From positions 69,398 through 133,397 of the forward strand of contig JBKQPC010000030.1 in assembly GCA_052145195.1 (NCBI GenBank): a stretch of 64,000 nucleotides of DNA, read 5' to 3'. Positions within the stretch are counted from its first letter, which is position 1; the number at the start of each line of letters is the position of its first letter. Shown in pieces: positions 38,309 to 50,308 of the stretch. The notes beneath the pieces are model-generated. The model saw nothing but the letters and a program-made list of their open reading frames with translations, was not told the origin of the DNA and made no database searches. The position numbers were made by a program, and so were the translations under genes. The stretch is from Terracidiphilus sp. (GTDB taxonomy: Bacteria > Acidobacteriota > Terriglobia > Terriglobales > Acidobacteriaceae).

Positions 38309-38363
38309 CAAAGAATGTATCAAGGATGTGGCATTCGGCAACTCTCAGATCAGCATGCCATCC

Positions 38364-39335
38364 CTAGCGCAATGGCTTGGACCAACCGTCATCTGGCGGA
38401 AGGATACTAAGGTCATCCAAATTCATCCCTTCTTCGCCTTTTCGCAATATTTGGCTCTGCTGTCCCCACACCAAGTTGCCATCTTCTGTAGAGCGAGCAC
38501 AGTCATATGAAATTACGCGCATCTCTGCAGCAGTATTCATTCCATTTCCTGTGATCATGCGCGCGGAATCCACAACAAGGAAATTGACTTCCAATAGAGC
38601 CATCTTCTTATCAACTTCTGATGGAAGGATTGCGACGTTGTCGCCCAGGGCCGAAATAGCAATCGACGGATAAATAATTCCGGAAAACATATCAAGACCC
38701 TTAGAATTAGGCTGACCAAGCGGCCACAATGCAGCTTCCTTAAGTGCGACAGGAAGCCTATATAGGTGCTCCTGTCCGACCGGCACCGGCTGGGTAAAAA
38801 CTCTTGCCTGCCACTGGCGGATTAGCCAATTTCTATCAGAGCCATTCGCCGGATTTGAAAAAAATGGTGCCTCCCTGGATTTATTGAAGTTTGTGAGCGT
38901 CTCGGCACTATAGCCCAAATGATTAAACATCATCGGCGCGGTCGTGAGCCATGCTGAAACTGCAAAGAGATCGCCAGGTTGCCACGAGAGCTCTCGTATG
39001 CAAGAAACAAATTGGTTGAAAGCACCGTAAAACATCACTTCGCCTGCCCTGTTACAGCGAGCAAAAGTCTTAACGGCATCAGAAGGCGGATAGTAAATTC
39101 GCATTTTGATTACAGGGCGTTGTGACACCCTAACGGCACGAAAGATGAGCTTATCGGCTGGAACAATAGGAGCCTGAATATCTAAGCCCTCATGGATCTG
39201 TTTGACCTTTTCGCGGAGTTCTTCATCATTTAGAGCCACAAAGGATCCGCGTTCAAGAGAGTCGAGTTCCCTTTTTAGTTCCTCAAGAGGGATTCTTGCT
39301 GTATCGGCACTTCTATCTGCCGTTTGGATTTCCAT
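38364..39335 (-). CDS. Stand-alone RES-domain-like protein
   Basis: IFRAVR, ARCN...MFYGA...IRE and GIIYPS; lower GC than its flanks. Confidence 0.7.
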   Translation of the reverse strand: MEIQTADRSADTARIPLEELKRELDSLERGSFVALNDEELREKVKQIHEGLDIQAPIVPADKLIFRAVRVSQRPVIKMRIYYPPSDAVKTFARCNRAGEVMFYGAFNQFVSCIRELSWQPGDLFAVSAWLTTAPMMFNHLGYSAETLTNFNKSREAPFFSNPANGSDRNWLIRQWQARVFTQPVPVGQEHLYRLPVALKEAALWPLGQPNSKGLDMFSGIIYPSIAISALGDNVAILPSEVDKKMALLEVNFLVVDSARMITGNGMNTAAEMRVISYDCARSTEDGNLVWGQQSQILRKGEEGMNLDDLSILPPDDGWSKPLR

Positions 39336-39461
39336 AGCAGAATACTATCGATTAATAGCTTGCCCCAGCAATCGTAACTCCCTTTCGGCCTTTTGAACCC
39401 TTGTAGGTGCCCACGAACCTCCAGCGAGCGGAGAGTGAGCGATTGGCCCCACCGCAGGTGG

Positions 39462-41048
<1,587 letters not shown>

Positions 41049-41199
41049 AGTTCCACTCCTGTTTGAGGTTTCGCCAAGCTCCAGAGTACAACGAATCGCA
41101 GGTCAGGGGAGTGGAACCCAGGATGGTGCAGCGGTCTGTTGTTGCCAGAGTCGTGAGCTTTCGCCTGCGAGATTACAGAAAATGCTTTAAAGTTGAGGA

Positions 41200-42057
41200 A
41201 TGGGTAGTTTTTCCCCTACTCCCGAAGCACAGTATCTGCGTCCGGACGGCAGTTTTAATCCGCCTCCGCCGCCCCCGGTTCACCGGCGGCGTTCCTCATG
41301 GTCTTACGCACCTGCTACCTATGCGCTGGTAGCCATCAACTGCCTGGTTTTTCTGGCCATGACCTTGCGTGGGGTCAGCATCTGGAGTCCCACTCTCGAT
41401 CAACTGATGCACTGGGGCGCCGACAACGCCGGCTCTGTGCTGATCCAGGGCCAATGGTGGCGCATTGTCACCGCCATGTTCGTGCATGTGGGCTGGATTC
41501 ACCTGCTGGGGAATATGTGGTGCCTGTGGAACCTGGGATTGCTGGCTGAGCCGCTGATGGGTTCGGCGGGCATACTGGCGGTGTATATCCTAACCGGCGC
41601 GGCAGGCAACCTGCTATCCACCTTCTACAACTGGTGGATGTACTACCACGAATGGATGATTACCCACAGCATTACCGCATTTCCGGCCGGCGCCGGCGCA
41701 TCAGGCGCGGTTTTCGGCATTGCCGGAGCGTTGATTATCCTGCTCAAGTCTCAGCGGCTACCTATACCTCCCCGGGAACTATATAAGCTGCGCAGGTCGG
41801 TGATCTACTTTGCCGCTATCAATCTGGGAATCGGCTTCACCATCAGTCTGGGCGTGGTGGCGAGGCATACTGGAGTGCTGATCGATAATTCAGCCCACCT
41901 GGGCGGCGTTCTCTGCGGCTTGCTCTTCGCGGCTCCCATGGTGCCCCGAATTGGCGCGCCCCGTGATCTGTTTCTCTTCCGCCTCCGCGTAGCCATCGTG
42001 ATGGTGGTGGGGATACTGGTGCTTTTCGGGTTCTACCTGGCCCAGTTGCCGCGGTGA
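41200..42057 (+). CDS. Rhomboid intramembrane serine protease
   Basis: WWR, HLLGNM, GASG and AHLGG. Confidence 0.93.
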   Translation: MGSFSPTPEAQYLRPDGSFNPPPPPPVHRRRSSWSYAPATYALVAINCLVFLAMTLRGVSIWSPTLDQLMHWGADNAGSVLIQGQWWRIVTAMFVHVGWIHLLGNMWCLWNLGLLAEPLMGSAGILAVYILTGAAGNLLSTFYNWWMYYHEWMITHSITAFPAGAGASGAVFGIAGALIILLKSQRLPIPPRELYKLRRSVIYFAAINLGIGFTISLGVVARHTGVLIDNSAHLGGVLCGLLFAAPMVPRIGAPRDLFLFRLRVAIVMVVGILVLFGFYLAQLPR

Positions 42058-42141
42058 GGCAGTTTCAACATATTCTGAATGTAATTTCGCACCTTCGAGC
42101 AAATAACTCTCAAAGGATGGGGCAAATAAACAAGCTGGGAG

Positions 42142-42492
42142 CTAGCGCGCTGCCGTGGAGGCGAACTTCTTTACCATAGCCAGCAGCAGCTTGCGGTCGC
42201 TCTCGTTCAGGTTGGTGGAGTAGCGGCGGATCTGGTTGAGAAAGCGTAACTCCTCGTCGGAGAGCTTTCGCTGGTTCTGCTGCTTGCCTTGTGATTCGTC
42301 GGAAAAAAAATGGGTGATAGGCAGGTCGAGGGCCCGCGCAATCTTCGATAGCGTGTCCAGCGAAGGTACGGTATGGCCATTCTCCACGCGCGAGAGATAG
42401 CAGCGCAGCAGGCCCGTTTTCTTTTCGATGTCTCCCTGGGAAAGCCCTTTTTGCAGGCGGAAAACGCGGATGGAGGTGCCGATCTTCAACAT
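42142..42492 (-). CDS. XRE-family HTH transcriptional regulator
   Basis: RLQKGLSQGDIEKKTGLLRCYLSRVENGHTVPSL. Confidence 0.9.
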   Translation of the reverse strand: MLKIGTSIRVFRLQKGLSQGDIEKKTGLLRCYLSRVENGHTVPSLDTLSKIARALDLPITHFFSDESQGKQQNQRKLSDEELRFLNQIRRYSTNLNESDRKLLLAMVKKFASTAAR

Positions 42493-42662
42493 GGAGAATA
42501 TCCTGTCCCGATGCCGCCGGGGTTACTATCACGGTAGCAATCGATAGATTATTAACATAACAGTTAACATAGGCCGTGCAGGAATGCAAGCGAATTATTT
42601 GCCATTTTAAACAACAAAGTAACATGAGAACCCATGACCTTTGGGGTAACCGGAATATGGGA

Positions 42663-43193
42663 TTACAGGTGTTTCACGAGGTAAGCGAGTTCTTCCACGG
42701 GATTGTCGTTGTAGGGCGCGCAAGGCTCAAATCCCATTTGCCGATAAAGGCGATACGCGGCATCCATGGATGCGGGGACAGTATCGAGATAGACTGCCTT
42801 GCACCCCGCGACGGCAGCGCGGTCAAGGACGGCCTGGGTCAAGGCCCGGCCTAGCCCGAGGCCGCGACCGTTGGGACGCACCCATAGGCGCTTCAGTTCC
42901 CATGCATGGGGCGCAACCGAGGTGGGCAGTGTGCGCCAGGCAACGAATCCGGCTTGCTTCCCGAGCGCATGGGCCAACAGGCAGCCGCCACCCTGTTCGT
43001 GGTAGCTGTGAGGCAGGCGGGCAGCTTCTTTTTCGAGGGAGCCGTAGCAGAAGCGAGCGCATTCAGGTTGCGAGATCACAAAGCAGCCATATTCGAGCAG
43101 CAATTCCTGCGCCTGTGCGACTGTGCCCGGCGCGGATGTTGTGGTGATTTCTTCCAGATGAATTGGCCGGGTTTTGGCTTCTTGGGTGGCCAT
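42663..43193 (-). CDS. GNAT N-acetyltransferase
   Basis: ELKRLWVRPNGRGLGLGRAL; LDT...AYRLYRQMGF. Confidence 0.9.
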   Translation of the reverse strand: MATQEAKTRPIHLEEITTTSAPGTVAQAQELLLEYGCFVISQPECARFCYGSLEKEAARLPHSYHEQGGGCLLAHALGKQAGFVAWRTLPTSVAPHAWELKRLWVRPNGRGLGLGRALTQAVLDRAAVAGCKAVYLDTVPASMDAAYRLYRQMGFEPCAPYNDNPVEELAYLVKHL

Positions 43194-43292
43194 TCCCAAG
43201 TTTACGATGAGTTGAAGTCGTTACGCTACCGTAAACCTTCGCGGCGCGTAGTCCGTCTGAAAGAGTACAGCGAGAAATGACGGGGAGCGTGA

Positions 43293-46200
43293 ATGCGGCG
43301 AGAAGCCATGATGTGGGCGTTTATTGCGGGAATCTTTATGGCTGTCGGCCTGGCTATCCTGGCCCAGTCGCAGGCCACGCCAGTGACCCAATCCGCCGCG
43401 CCCGTGAGCGCGCCCGGCGCAGGTGAACCCGCTGCGCAGAGTACCTCCGCACCGGCGCCGTCCGGCGGAAAATTGCACGGCATAGTCAAGAGCGGGAATA
43501 TTCCTCTACCCGGCGTCACCATAACCGCCCAGAACACCCTCACCGGCAAGCGCTATTCCACCACCACTGACATCACCGGCGCATGGGTTCTGACCATTCC
43601 TCAGAATGGCCGTTACGTGCTCCGCACCCAGTTCGCGGGCTTTTCACCCGGTGCGCAAGAAGCGGTGCTCAACGCAGCCAGCCGCGAGCAGACGGTGAGC
43701 TTTGATCTGATACTTGCTTCACGGGCAGCCCAGCAGGAGGAGAGCGAGACAGCTAATCAGCAAGCTATCCGGTCGAGCATTCAACAACTGGCCGGCAATG
43801 GCGCACAAAGCCTGAGCCTGATGAGCGCACTCACGAGCGACAACGAGAGCCAGGCTGGGCCATCCGGAACGGCGGGCGCGGTGCTGCCCTCGATTGCCGG
43901 TAACTCTGACTTTGGAGACGAATCGGTGGCCATCAGCGGCCAGACAGGAGCGGTGAGTCCGCTGGCCGGCCTGGACCCGGACCGTATCCGCGATGCGGTG
44001 GAAACGCTGCGCGCACAGGGAGTTCTGCCAGGTGGACAAGATGGACAATTTGGACAAGGAGGCGGCAACTTTGGCGGAGGCGGAGGCGGACTGGGTGGAG
44101 GCTTTGGCGGGCCGGGCGGATTTGGCGGCGGAGGCGGACGCGGCAACTTCCGCGGCTTCAACCTCAACCAGCCGCACGGCGCCATTTTCTGGATGGGCAG
44201 CAACTCGGCGCTCAACGCGGAGCCCTTCAGCCTGCGCGGCCAGCCGCAGTTGCAACCTGCCTCCGGCACCAATCGCTTCGGAATTACCTTCATGAGCGCG
44301 CCTTATCTGCCGCATCTCACCAAGCCCAGCGGCAAAGACATGATGTTCCTGACTCTCAGCGGCCAGCGCAGCTCCAATCCGCTGGACCAGTATGCGACCG
44401 TGCCTACGGATGGCAATCCCATTTTCGGGACGGTTGACGAGCGCGTGGGAGTCATTCCGGGTCTGGCCACTCCGGTTACGCCTGTTGCAGCCGCTACCAA
44501 CCTGCTGCAATATTTTCCCGCGCCGAATTTGCCCGGCTACGCGCAAAACTACCATCTTCTGACCACCGCGCAGACCAACACGACGCAGGCCGGCGCGCGC
44601 TATATGCGCAGCCTGGGCAAGAACGCCACTCTGCCAGGCGGAGGCCGCGGAGGCTTCGGCGGAGGCCGGCGCTCACAACAGAATCAGGGGCTGCGCCAGA
44701 GCATCAACTTCAACTACAACTGGACCGACACGGCCGCTGACAACGTAAACGTCTTTCCACAATTGGGCGGCAAGAGTTCTTCGAACGCGAACTCCGTGCA
44801 GGCCGGCTACACGGTGGGCTACCACAAGCTGACCAACATCTTCAATGCCAACTGGAATCGCAGCACCAGCCAGGCGACCAACTATTTCACCAATAAGACC
44901 GACGTCGCCAGCCAGATTGGCATCCTGGGACCGGGCGGTGTTGCGCTGAACTCAAGCCCGCTCAACTACGGCCTGCCCAACGTCACGCTCAGCAGTTTTA
45001 CCGGAATGATTGAGCAGCAGCCCAGCTTCGCGCTTACACAGACCATCTCGTTTTCCGAGGTGCTGAGCTGGATTTACGGCAAGCACAACCTGCGCTTCGG
45101 CGGTGACTATCGCCGCGTGCATCGGGATTTTCTGGGCGGCTCGAACGCCACAGGCACCTTATACAACGGAACCGGAACCTTCTACTTCACGGGCCTTTAC
45201 ACCGGCTCTTCGCTGGCGGATTTTCTGCTCGGCGAGCCGCAGGAGACCACGATCGACTCCGCTGCCGGCAAAAGCTACTTGCGCGAGAACGTCTGGGAAA
45301 CCTATGTAACCGACGACTGGCGTATGCGAACCAACCTCACCCTGAACTATGGCCTGCGCTACGAATACTTTGCGCCCTATACGGAGAAGTACGATCGCCT
45401 GGGCATGGTCTACACCAATCCTGCTGCGGCGTTTAGTCTGAATCAGCCTGTCGAAGTTGGGCCGGGAGGAACCGCTGCGAGTGGCAACTTGCCGGCGTCG
45501 CTGGTATTTCCCTTCCGCACCGCCTTTGCGCCACGCGTGGGCCTGGCACTGCGGCTGCCCAAACAGACTGTAGTGCGCGCCGGCTTCGGGGTCAACTACA
45601 CCGTCAGCCAGTACGCCACATTTGCCACCATCATGGCGCATCAGCCGATTGCCAATCAGCCGTCCTTTGTCAATGAGCAGACCAACGAGTACACCTCCGG
45701 AACCGGGAATCGTCTAGCCAATGGATTTTCCACTCCGGCATCTGAAGGCAACTATGAACTTGATCCGCACTATCATCTACCTTACGTCGTAGTCTGGAAC
45801 CTCGACGTGCAGAAGACGCTGCCCTGGAACGTGGTGCTGAACATGGGCTACAGCGGGTCGAGGGGCAATCATCTGGACATCACCAGCGCGCCGCGCGCGA
45901 GCTTGAGCAGCCCAGGCACCGATCCCGTAGGCCAGGTTTTCAACTATGAGCAGTCCGCGGCTTTCTCGAAGTTCAACGCGGGCCAACTGCGGCTCAACAA
46001 GCGGCTGAGTAAGGGCATTTCATTCGGCGCCAACTACCAGTACTCGCACTCCATCGACGACGCCGGCTCGGTGGGCGGCACTTCTACTGTGGTGGCGCAG
46101 AACTGGCAGGACCTCAAGGCCGAGGAAGGCAACTCGAGCTTCGACCAGCGCCACAAAGTGAGCGGGACTTATCTCTATGAATTGCCCTTTGGCAAGGACA

Positions 46201-46706
46201 AATTCTGGGTGACCAGCGGCGTTGGCGCGCATATTCTGGAGGGCTTTTCCGTATCCGGCAGCTTTACCTTCGCCACTGGAACGCCGCTTACGCCCACTTA
46301 TCAGGCAGGCGTGGCCGACGTGACGAGCGGCACAGCCGGCACGCAGCGGCCGAATTATACAGGCGTCTCGGTTACGGCGGGCGCAGGCTCGCTGAAAGAG
46401 TGGTTCAACCCCGCGGCATTCACGCAGCCGCCCAACAATTCAACCACGCCGAGCTGTCCCAACTGCGGCAATGTTTCGCGCAACTCAGTAGCCGGGCCGG
46501 GAACCATTCTGAACAATATGTCCCTCTCGAAGACGATGCAACTGGGCGGCACGCGCAGCACGGAGATCCGCGCCACGGCCAACAATGTGTTCAACACGGT
46601 GCAGTACGCGGGCGTGGACACTAACGCGGCTTCGCCGAGCTTCGGGCAGGTAACTTCAGTCGCTGCGATGCGGTCGTTCCAATTTACGGCTAGGTTCAGG
46701 TTTTGA
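43293..46706 (+). CDS. Oar-like/TonB-dependent-receptor-type outer membrane protein with carboxypeptidase-regulatory N-domain
   Basis: G-x-V...LPGVTI...G-x-Y; Gly-rich linker; DDWR, LTLNYGLRYEY, FAPRVG and VRAGFG; C-terminal F. Confidence 0.88.
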   Translation: MRREAMMWAFIAGIFMAVGLAILAQSQATPVTQSAAPVSAPGAGEPAAQSTSAPAPSGGKLHGIVKSGNIPLPGVTITAQNTLTGKRYSTTTDITGAWVLTIPQNGRYVLRTQFAGFSPGAQEAVLNAASREQTVSFDLILASRAAQQEESETANQQAIRSSIQQLAGNGAQSLSLMSALTSDNESQAGPSGTAGAVLPSIAGNSDFGDESVAISGQTGAVSPLAGLDPDRIRDAVETLRAQGVLPGGQDGQFGQGGGNFGGGGGGLGGGFGGPGGFGGGGGRGNFRGFNLNQPHGAIFWMGSNSALNAEPFSLRGQPQLQPASGTNRFGITFMSAPYLPHLTKPSGKDMMFLTLSGQRSSNPLDQYATVPTDGNPIFGTVDERVGVIPGLATPVTPVAAATNLLQYFPAPNLPGYAQNYHLLTTAQTNTTQAGARYMRSLGKNATLPGGGRGGFGGGRRSQQNQGLRQSINFNYNWTDTAADNVNVFPQLGGKSSSNANSVQAGYTVGYHKLTNIFNANWNRSTSQATNYFTNKTDVASQIGILGPGGVALNSSPLNYGLPNVTLSSFTGMIEQQPSFALTQTISFSEVLSWIYGKHNLRFGGDYRRVHRDFLGGSNATGTLYNGTGTFYFTGLYTGSSLADFLLGEPQETTIDSAAGKSYLRENVWETYVTDDWRMRTNLTLNYGLRYEYFAPYTEKYDRLGMVYTNPAAAFSLNQPVEVGPGGTAASGNLPASLVFPFRTAFAPRVGLALRLPKQTVVRAGFGVNYTVSQYATFATIMAHQPIANQPSFVNEQTNEYTSGTGNRLANGFSTPASEGNYELDPHYHLPYVVVWNLDVQKTLPWNVVLNMGYSGSRGNHLDITSAPRASLSSPGTDPVGQVFNYEQSAAFSKFNAGQLRLNKRLSKGISFGANYQYSHSIDDAGSVGGTSTVVAQNWQDLKAEEGNSSFDQRHKVSGTYLYELPFGKDKFWVTSGVGAHILEGFSVSGSFTFATGTPLTPTYQAGVADVTSGTAGTQRPNYTGVSVTAGAGSLKEWFNPAAFTQPPNNSTTPSCPNCGNVSRNSVAGPGTILNNMSLSKTMQLGGTRSTEIRATANNVFNTVQYAGVDTNAASPSFGQVTSVAAMRSFQFTARFRF

Positions 46707-46774
46707 AATGTAGCGAGTTAGCCGCGCTGCGCGTGTGTTAGCGAGTTAGCGGAGTTACTGCTGGAAGGTGATCG

Positions 46775-48916
46775 ATGATAGGTTGGGCGCGAAAGGTCGG
46801 AGCGGGATTTGCGGCGCTGGCGCTGATGCTAACGGGCGCGTGGCCGGGGCTGAGTTTTGCGCAGAGTTCCGAGCAGGATTCGCCGGCCGCGCAAAACCCG
46901 CAGGGCGGCTTCGTGTTCAAGATGAACGCCGAGCTGGTGCTGACCAACGTGGTGGCGCGCGATGCGAAGACCGGCGAGCTGGTGCGCGGGCTCAAGCAAA
47001 GCGACATCAGCATCTACGAGAACGGCAAGCAGGAGCGCATCTCGACCTTCGATTTTGAAACCGTGGAGATGGCCACGCCGCTCAACGAGGCCACCGTCAT
47101 CGGACTGGCTACGGGGAGCAGCACGAACAAGTCCGCTGCCGTTGCAAAGCCCGAGGAGCTGCGCAATCACCGGCTAATCGTGATGTTCTTCGATCTGACC
47201 TCGATGCAGCCCGAGGATCTGGACCGCAGCGTGGCGGCGGCGCAGGAGTTTCTGCGCAACAAAATGCAGCCGGCGGATCTCGTGGCGCTGATCTCGCTGG
47301 GCGACACGCTCAAGATGGACCAGGACTTTACCGCCGACAAAACCGCGCTCATCAACGAGGTCGCCATTTACAACGGGACTGAAGGACAGGGATACGCCGA
47401 AGGCGCTACGGCGAACACCAACCATGTGGAAAACGCGACCGGCTACACGCCCGACGAGAGCGAATACAACGACCTGAACACCGACCGCGAATTGTTTGCC
47501 CTGAAAGCAGTCGCCAAGTCGCTGGAAAAGATCACGGAAAAGAAATCGCTGCTGTACTTTTCCGGCGGCATTCAGCGCGACGGCATCGAGAATCAGGCCT
47601 CGTTGCGAGCGGCCATCAACGCCGCGGTGCGCGCTAACCTGGCCATCTACAGCGTGGACACGCGCGGCTTGCAGGCCGTCTCGCCTCTGGGCGACGCCTC
47701 CACCGGCAGCCTGCGCGGGACAGGAGCCTTCAGCGGCGGCGCGCTCACCAACAACATGAATTCGAACGTCGCCACGCAAGAGGTAATGTCCACGCTCTCC
47801 ACCGACACCGGCGGCAAGGCGTTTTTCGATTCCAACGATTTTGCTCCCGCCTTTGCGCAGGTGCAGCGCGATACTTCGGCTTACTACGCCATCGGATTTC
47901 ACAGCTCGAATCCGGCGCGCGACGGCCGCTATCGCAAGCTGACCATCAAGATCAACCGGCCCGGAGTGAAGCTGGAATACCGGCCCGGCTACTATGCGCC
48001 GGCCGACTTTCAGCACGCCGGGAAGGAAGACCGCGAGCGCGATCTTGATGAGCAGTTAGCCAGCGACCTGCCGGCCACCGATATGGCCGTCTACCTGGAT
48101 GCGCTGTTTTTCCGCCTCGACGATAACCGCTTTTTTGTGCCGGTTTCGCTCATCGTGCCCGGCTCGCAGATTCCTTTTGTGAAGGGCGGCGATAAGGACA
48201 AAGCCACGCTGGACATCATCGGCACAGTGATCGACGAGGCCAAGCGGCCCATCGGCAACGCGCGCGAGACGGTCAAGCTGATCCTCGATTCGGGCTTGCA
48301 GGCGCGGCAGAAAAACATTCAATACACCACCAGCTTTAACTTGCCGCCGGGAAAGTATCGTCTCAAATTCGTTGTACGCGAAAATCAGACCGGACGCATG
48401 GGCTCCTTCGAGGCCGAGATCACGCTACCGGAGATGAAGAAGGCTCCGCTCAAAATGAGTTCCATCGTGCTGGCGTCGATGCGCAAGCCGAGCAAGAAGA
48501 CGAGCCCGCTGGTGCGTGGCGGCGAAGAGTATGTGCCCAACATCAGCCACGTCTTTCGCCGGGATCAGCACCTCTACCTGCTCTATGAAATCTACTCGCC
48601 GGCGCGCGAAAAGGCAGCGGAGGGCCAGCCCAAAGGAACAAAACCGGGAATCAATTTGCTCAGCAGCCTGGAATTGATTCAAGGCTCGACAAAGGTGTAT
48701 GAGACGCCGCTGGCGCAGGCCAAGGCGATCAATGTGGAGGGTCGCGACGCGGTGGCTATCGAGTTGGATGTTCCGCTCAGCGGGCTCAAGCCCGGCCCAT
48801 ACATTTGCCAGTTAAACGTGATCGACGACGCAGCCGGCAGCTTTGCTTTTCCGCGCTTTGCGGTGTTGGTGAAGGGTACCTGCGGTGCGGCAGCCGGCGC
48901 TTGCGCGCCACAATGA
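46775..48916 (+). CDS. VWFA-related acidobacterial domain protein
   Basis: ELVLTNVVARD, ENGKQERI, FFDLTSM, KKSLLYFSGG, YSVDTRGL, TGG, YYAIGF and RPGYYA. Confidence 0.88.
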   Translation: MIGWARKVGAGFAALALMLTGAWPGLSFAQSSEQDSPAAQNPQGGFVFKMNAELVLTNVVARDAKTGELVRGLKQSDISIYENGKQERISTFDFETVEMATPLNEATVIGLATGSSTNKSAAVAKPEELRNHRLIVMFFDLTSMQPEDLDRSVAAAQEFLRNKMQPADLVALISLGDTLKMDQDFTADKTALINEVAIYNGTEGQGYAEGATANTNHVENATGYTPDESEYNDLNTDRELFALKAVAKSLEKITEKKSLLYFSGGIQRDGIENQASLRAAINAAVRANLAIYSVDTRGLQAVSPLGDASTGSLRGTGAFSGGALTNNMNSNVATQEVMSTLSTDTGGKAFFDSNDFAPAFAQVQRDTSAYYAIGFHSSNPARDGRYRKLTIKINRPGVKLEYRPGYYAPADFQHAGKEDRERDLDEQLASDLPATDMAVYLDALFFRLDDNRFFVPVSLIVPGSQIPFVKGGDKDKATLDIIGTVIDEAKRPIGNARETVKLILDSGLQARQKNIQYTTSFNLPPGKYRLKFVVRENQTGRMGSFEAEITLPEMKKAPLKMSSIVLASMRKPSKKTSPLVRGGEEYVPNISHVFRRDQHLYLLYEIYSPAREKAAEGQPKGTKPGINLLSSLELIQGSTKVYETPLAQAKAINVEGRDAVAIELDVPLSGLKPGPYICQLNVIDDAAGSFAFPRFAVLVKGTCGAAAGACAPQ

Positions 48917-48951
48917 AGAAGCGCATCCCGGGATTCTGTAAAATCAAAGGC

Positions 48952-49569
48952 ATGACTCTCTCAGCCCAGGATCGCGCACGGCGCATCAAAATCATTCTCT
49001 TCGACGTGGATGGAGTACTGACCGACGGCACTATCTGGGTCATTCCGGCTCCGGTAGCCGGGCCGGACGGGACCATTACCACCAGGATGGTGGAGGCCAA
49101 GGGCTTCAACGCGCATGACGGCGCGGGCGTGACGCTGGCGCGGCTGGGCGGCATGAAGCTGGGCGTGATTACCAAGCGCATCACGGAGGCCGTGGCCTTG
49201 CGCGCCCGCGACCTGAAGCTGGATTTTGTCTACCAGGGCGAGGCCTTCAAGATGCGGCCGGTGCGCGAGATCATGGCCAGGGAAGGCGTGACGCTGGAGG
49301 AGATCGCCTTCGTGGGCGACGACGTGATCGATCTGGCGGTGATGCGGGAGTGCGGACTGGCCATCGCTGTGGCGAATTCGCGGGAGCAAGTCAAGGCTGA
49401 GGCGCATTACGTGACGCCGCACCGGGGCGGCGAGGGCGCGGGGCGCGATGCGATTGAGTTTATCCTCGAAGCCAAGGGCCTGCTGGAGCAGTGCCTCAAG
49501 GCCTCCATCGACGAGAGCAATCCGCTGCCGCCCTCGATTGACATCGGCAAGGGCGGTGACTTGAAGTAA
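48952..49569 (+). CDS. kdsC: KDO-8-phosphate phosphatase (KdsC-like HAD)
   Basis: [24 protein letters not shown] and GGEGAGR; start set by TAAAAT-7 nt-ATG. Confidence 0.88.
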   Translation: MTLSAQDRARRIKIILFDVDGVLTDGTIWVIPAPVAGPDGTITTRMVEAKGFNAHDGAGVTLARLGGMKLGVITKRITEAVALRARDLKLDFVYQGEAFKMRPVREIMAREGVTLEEIAFVGDDVIDLAVMRECGLAIAVANSREQVKAEAHYVTPHRGGEGAGRDAIEFILEAKGLLEQCLKASIDESNPLPPSIDIGKGGDLK

Positions 49570-50276
49570 TGGCGACCCAACCAAAACGCGCTGTCGTGCT
49601 GTTGAGCGGAGGGCTGGACTCGGCCACTGTATTGGCTATCGCCAAGAGCCAAGGTTACGAGCTGTACGCGCTTTCGTTTTCCTATGGGCAGCGGCACGTG
49701 ATCGAGCTGGATGCGGCGCGGCGTGTCGCCGCAGCCATCGGAGTGGCGGACCACCGCATTGCGAAGATCGACCTGAGGGTCTTTGGCGGTTCGGCGCTGA
49801 CCGCGGAGATCGACGTACCCAAGGGGCGAGATGCGGAGGCGATGAGTCACGGGATTCCTATCACGTATGTTCCGGCGCGCAACACGATTTTTCTGTCGTT
49901 TGCGCTGGCTTGGGCGGAGGTGCTGGGATCGAGCGACATCTTCATCGGCGTGAATGCGCTGGATTACTCGGGTTATCCGGATTGCCGTCCGGAGTTTATT
50001 GAGGCTTTTGAGAAGATGGCGAATCTGGCGACGAAGGCCGGGGTCGAGGGACGGCAGGCGCTGCGGGTTCATACGCCGCTGATCGCGCTGACCAAGGCGG
50101 AGATCATCGCCAAGGGAATCGAGTTGGGCGTGGATTATGGGCTGACCAGCAGTTGCTACGATCCGGGAGCGAAGGGCGAGCCGTGCGGAGAGTGTGATTC
50201 GTGTTTGCTGCGGCGGAAGGGTTTTGGGGAGAACGGGATTGAGGATCCGCTGGTGTATCGTGGAGCGGGTTGCTGA
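49569..50276 (+). CDS. queC: 7-cyano-7-deazaguanine synthase
   Basis: SGGLDS, YGQRH, YVPARN, GYPDCR and SCY...CGECDSC. Confidence 0.97.
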   Translation: MATQPKRAVVLLSGGLDSATVLAIAKSQGYELYALSFSYGQRHVIELDAARRVAAAIGVADHRIAKIDLRVFGGSALTAEIDVPKGRDAEAMSHGIPITYVPARNTIFLSFALAWAEVLGSSDIFIGVNALDYSGYPDCRPEFIEAFEKMANLATKAGVEGRQALRVHTPLIALTKAEIIAKGIELGVDYGLTSSCYDPGAKGEPCGECDSCLLRRKGFGENGIEDPLVYRGAGC

Positions 50277-50308
50277 GGCTGATGATAAACGATCTCCAAT
50301 TTAGATTC

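Noticed and set aside
41049-41199. ZTP riboswitch upstream of purH
   Set aside because: Conserved pfl motif elements not recognised
46711-46758. TAGCGAGTTAGC short repeats between the receptor and VWA genes
   Set aside because: Only two short copies; no supportable function
48870-48916. Possible frameshift at the VWA protein C-terminus (GTCGAAAGACAPQ)
   Set aside because: An alternative frame gives no clearly better tail; cannot be resolved without homolog alignment
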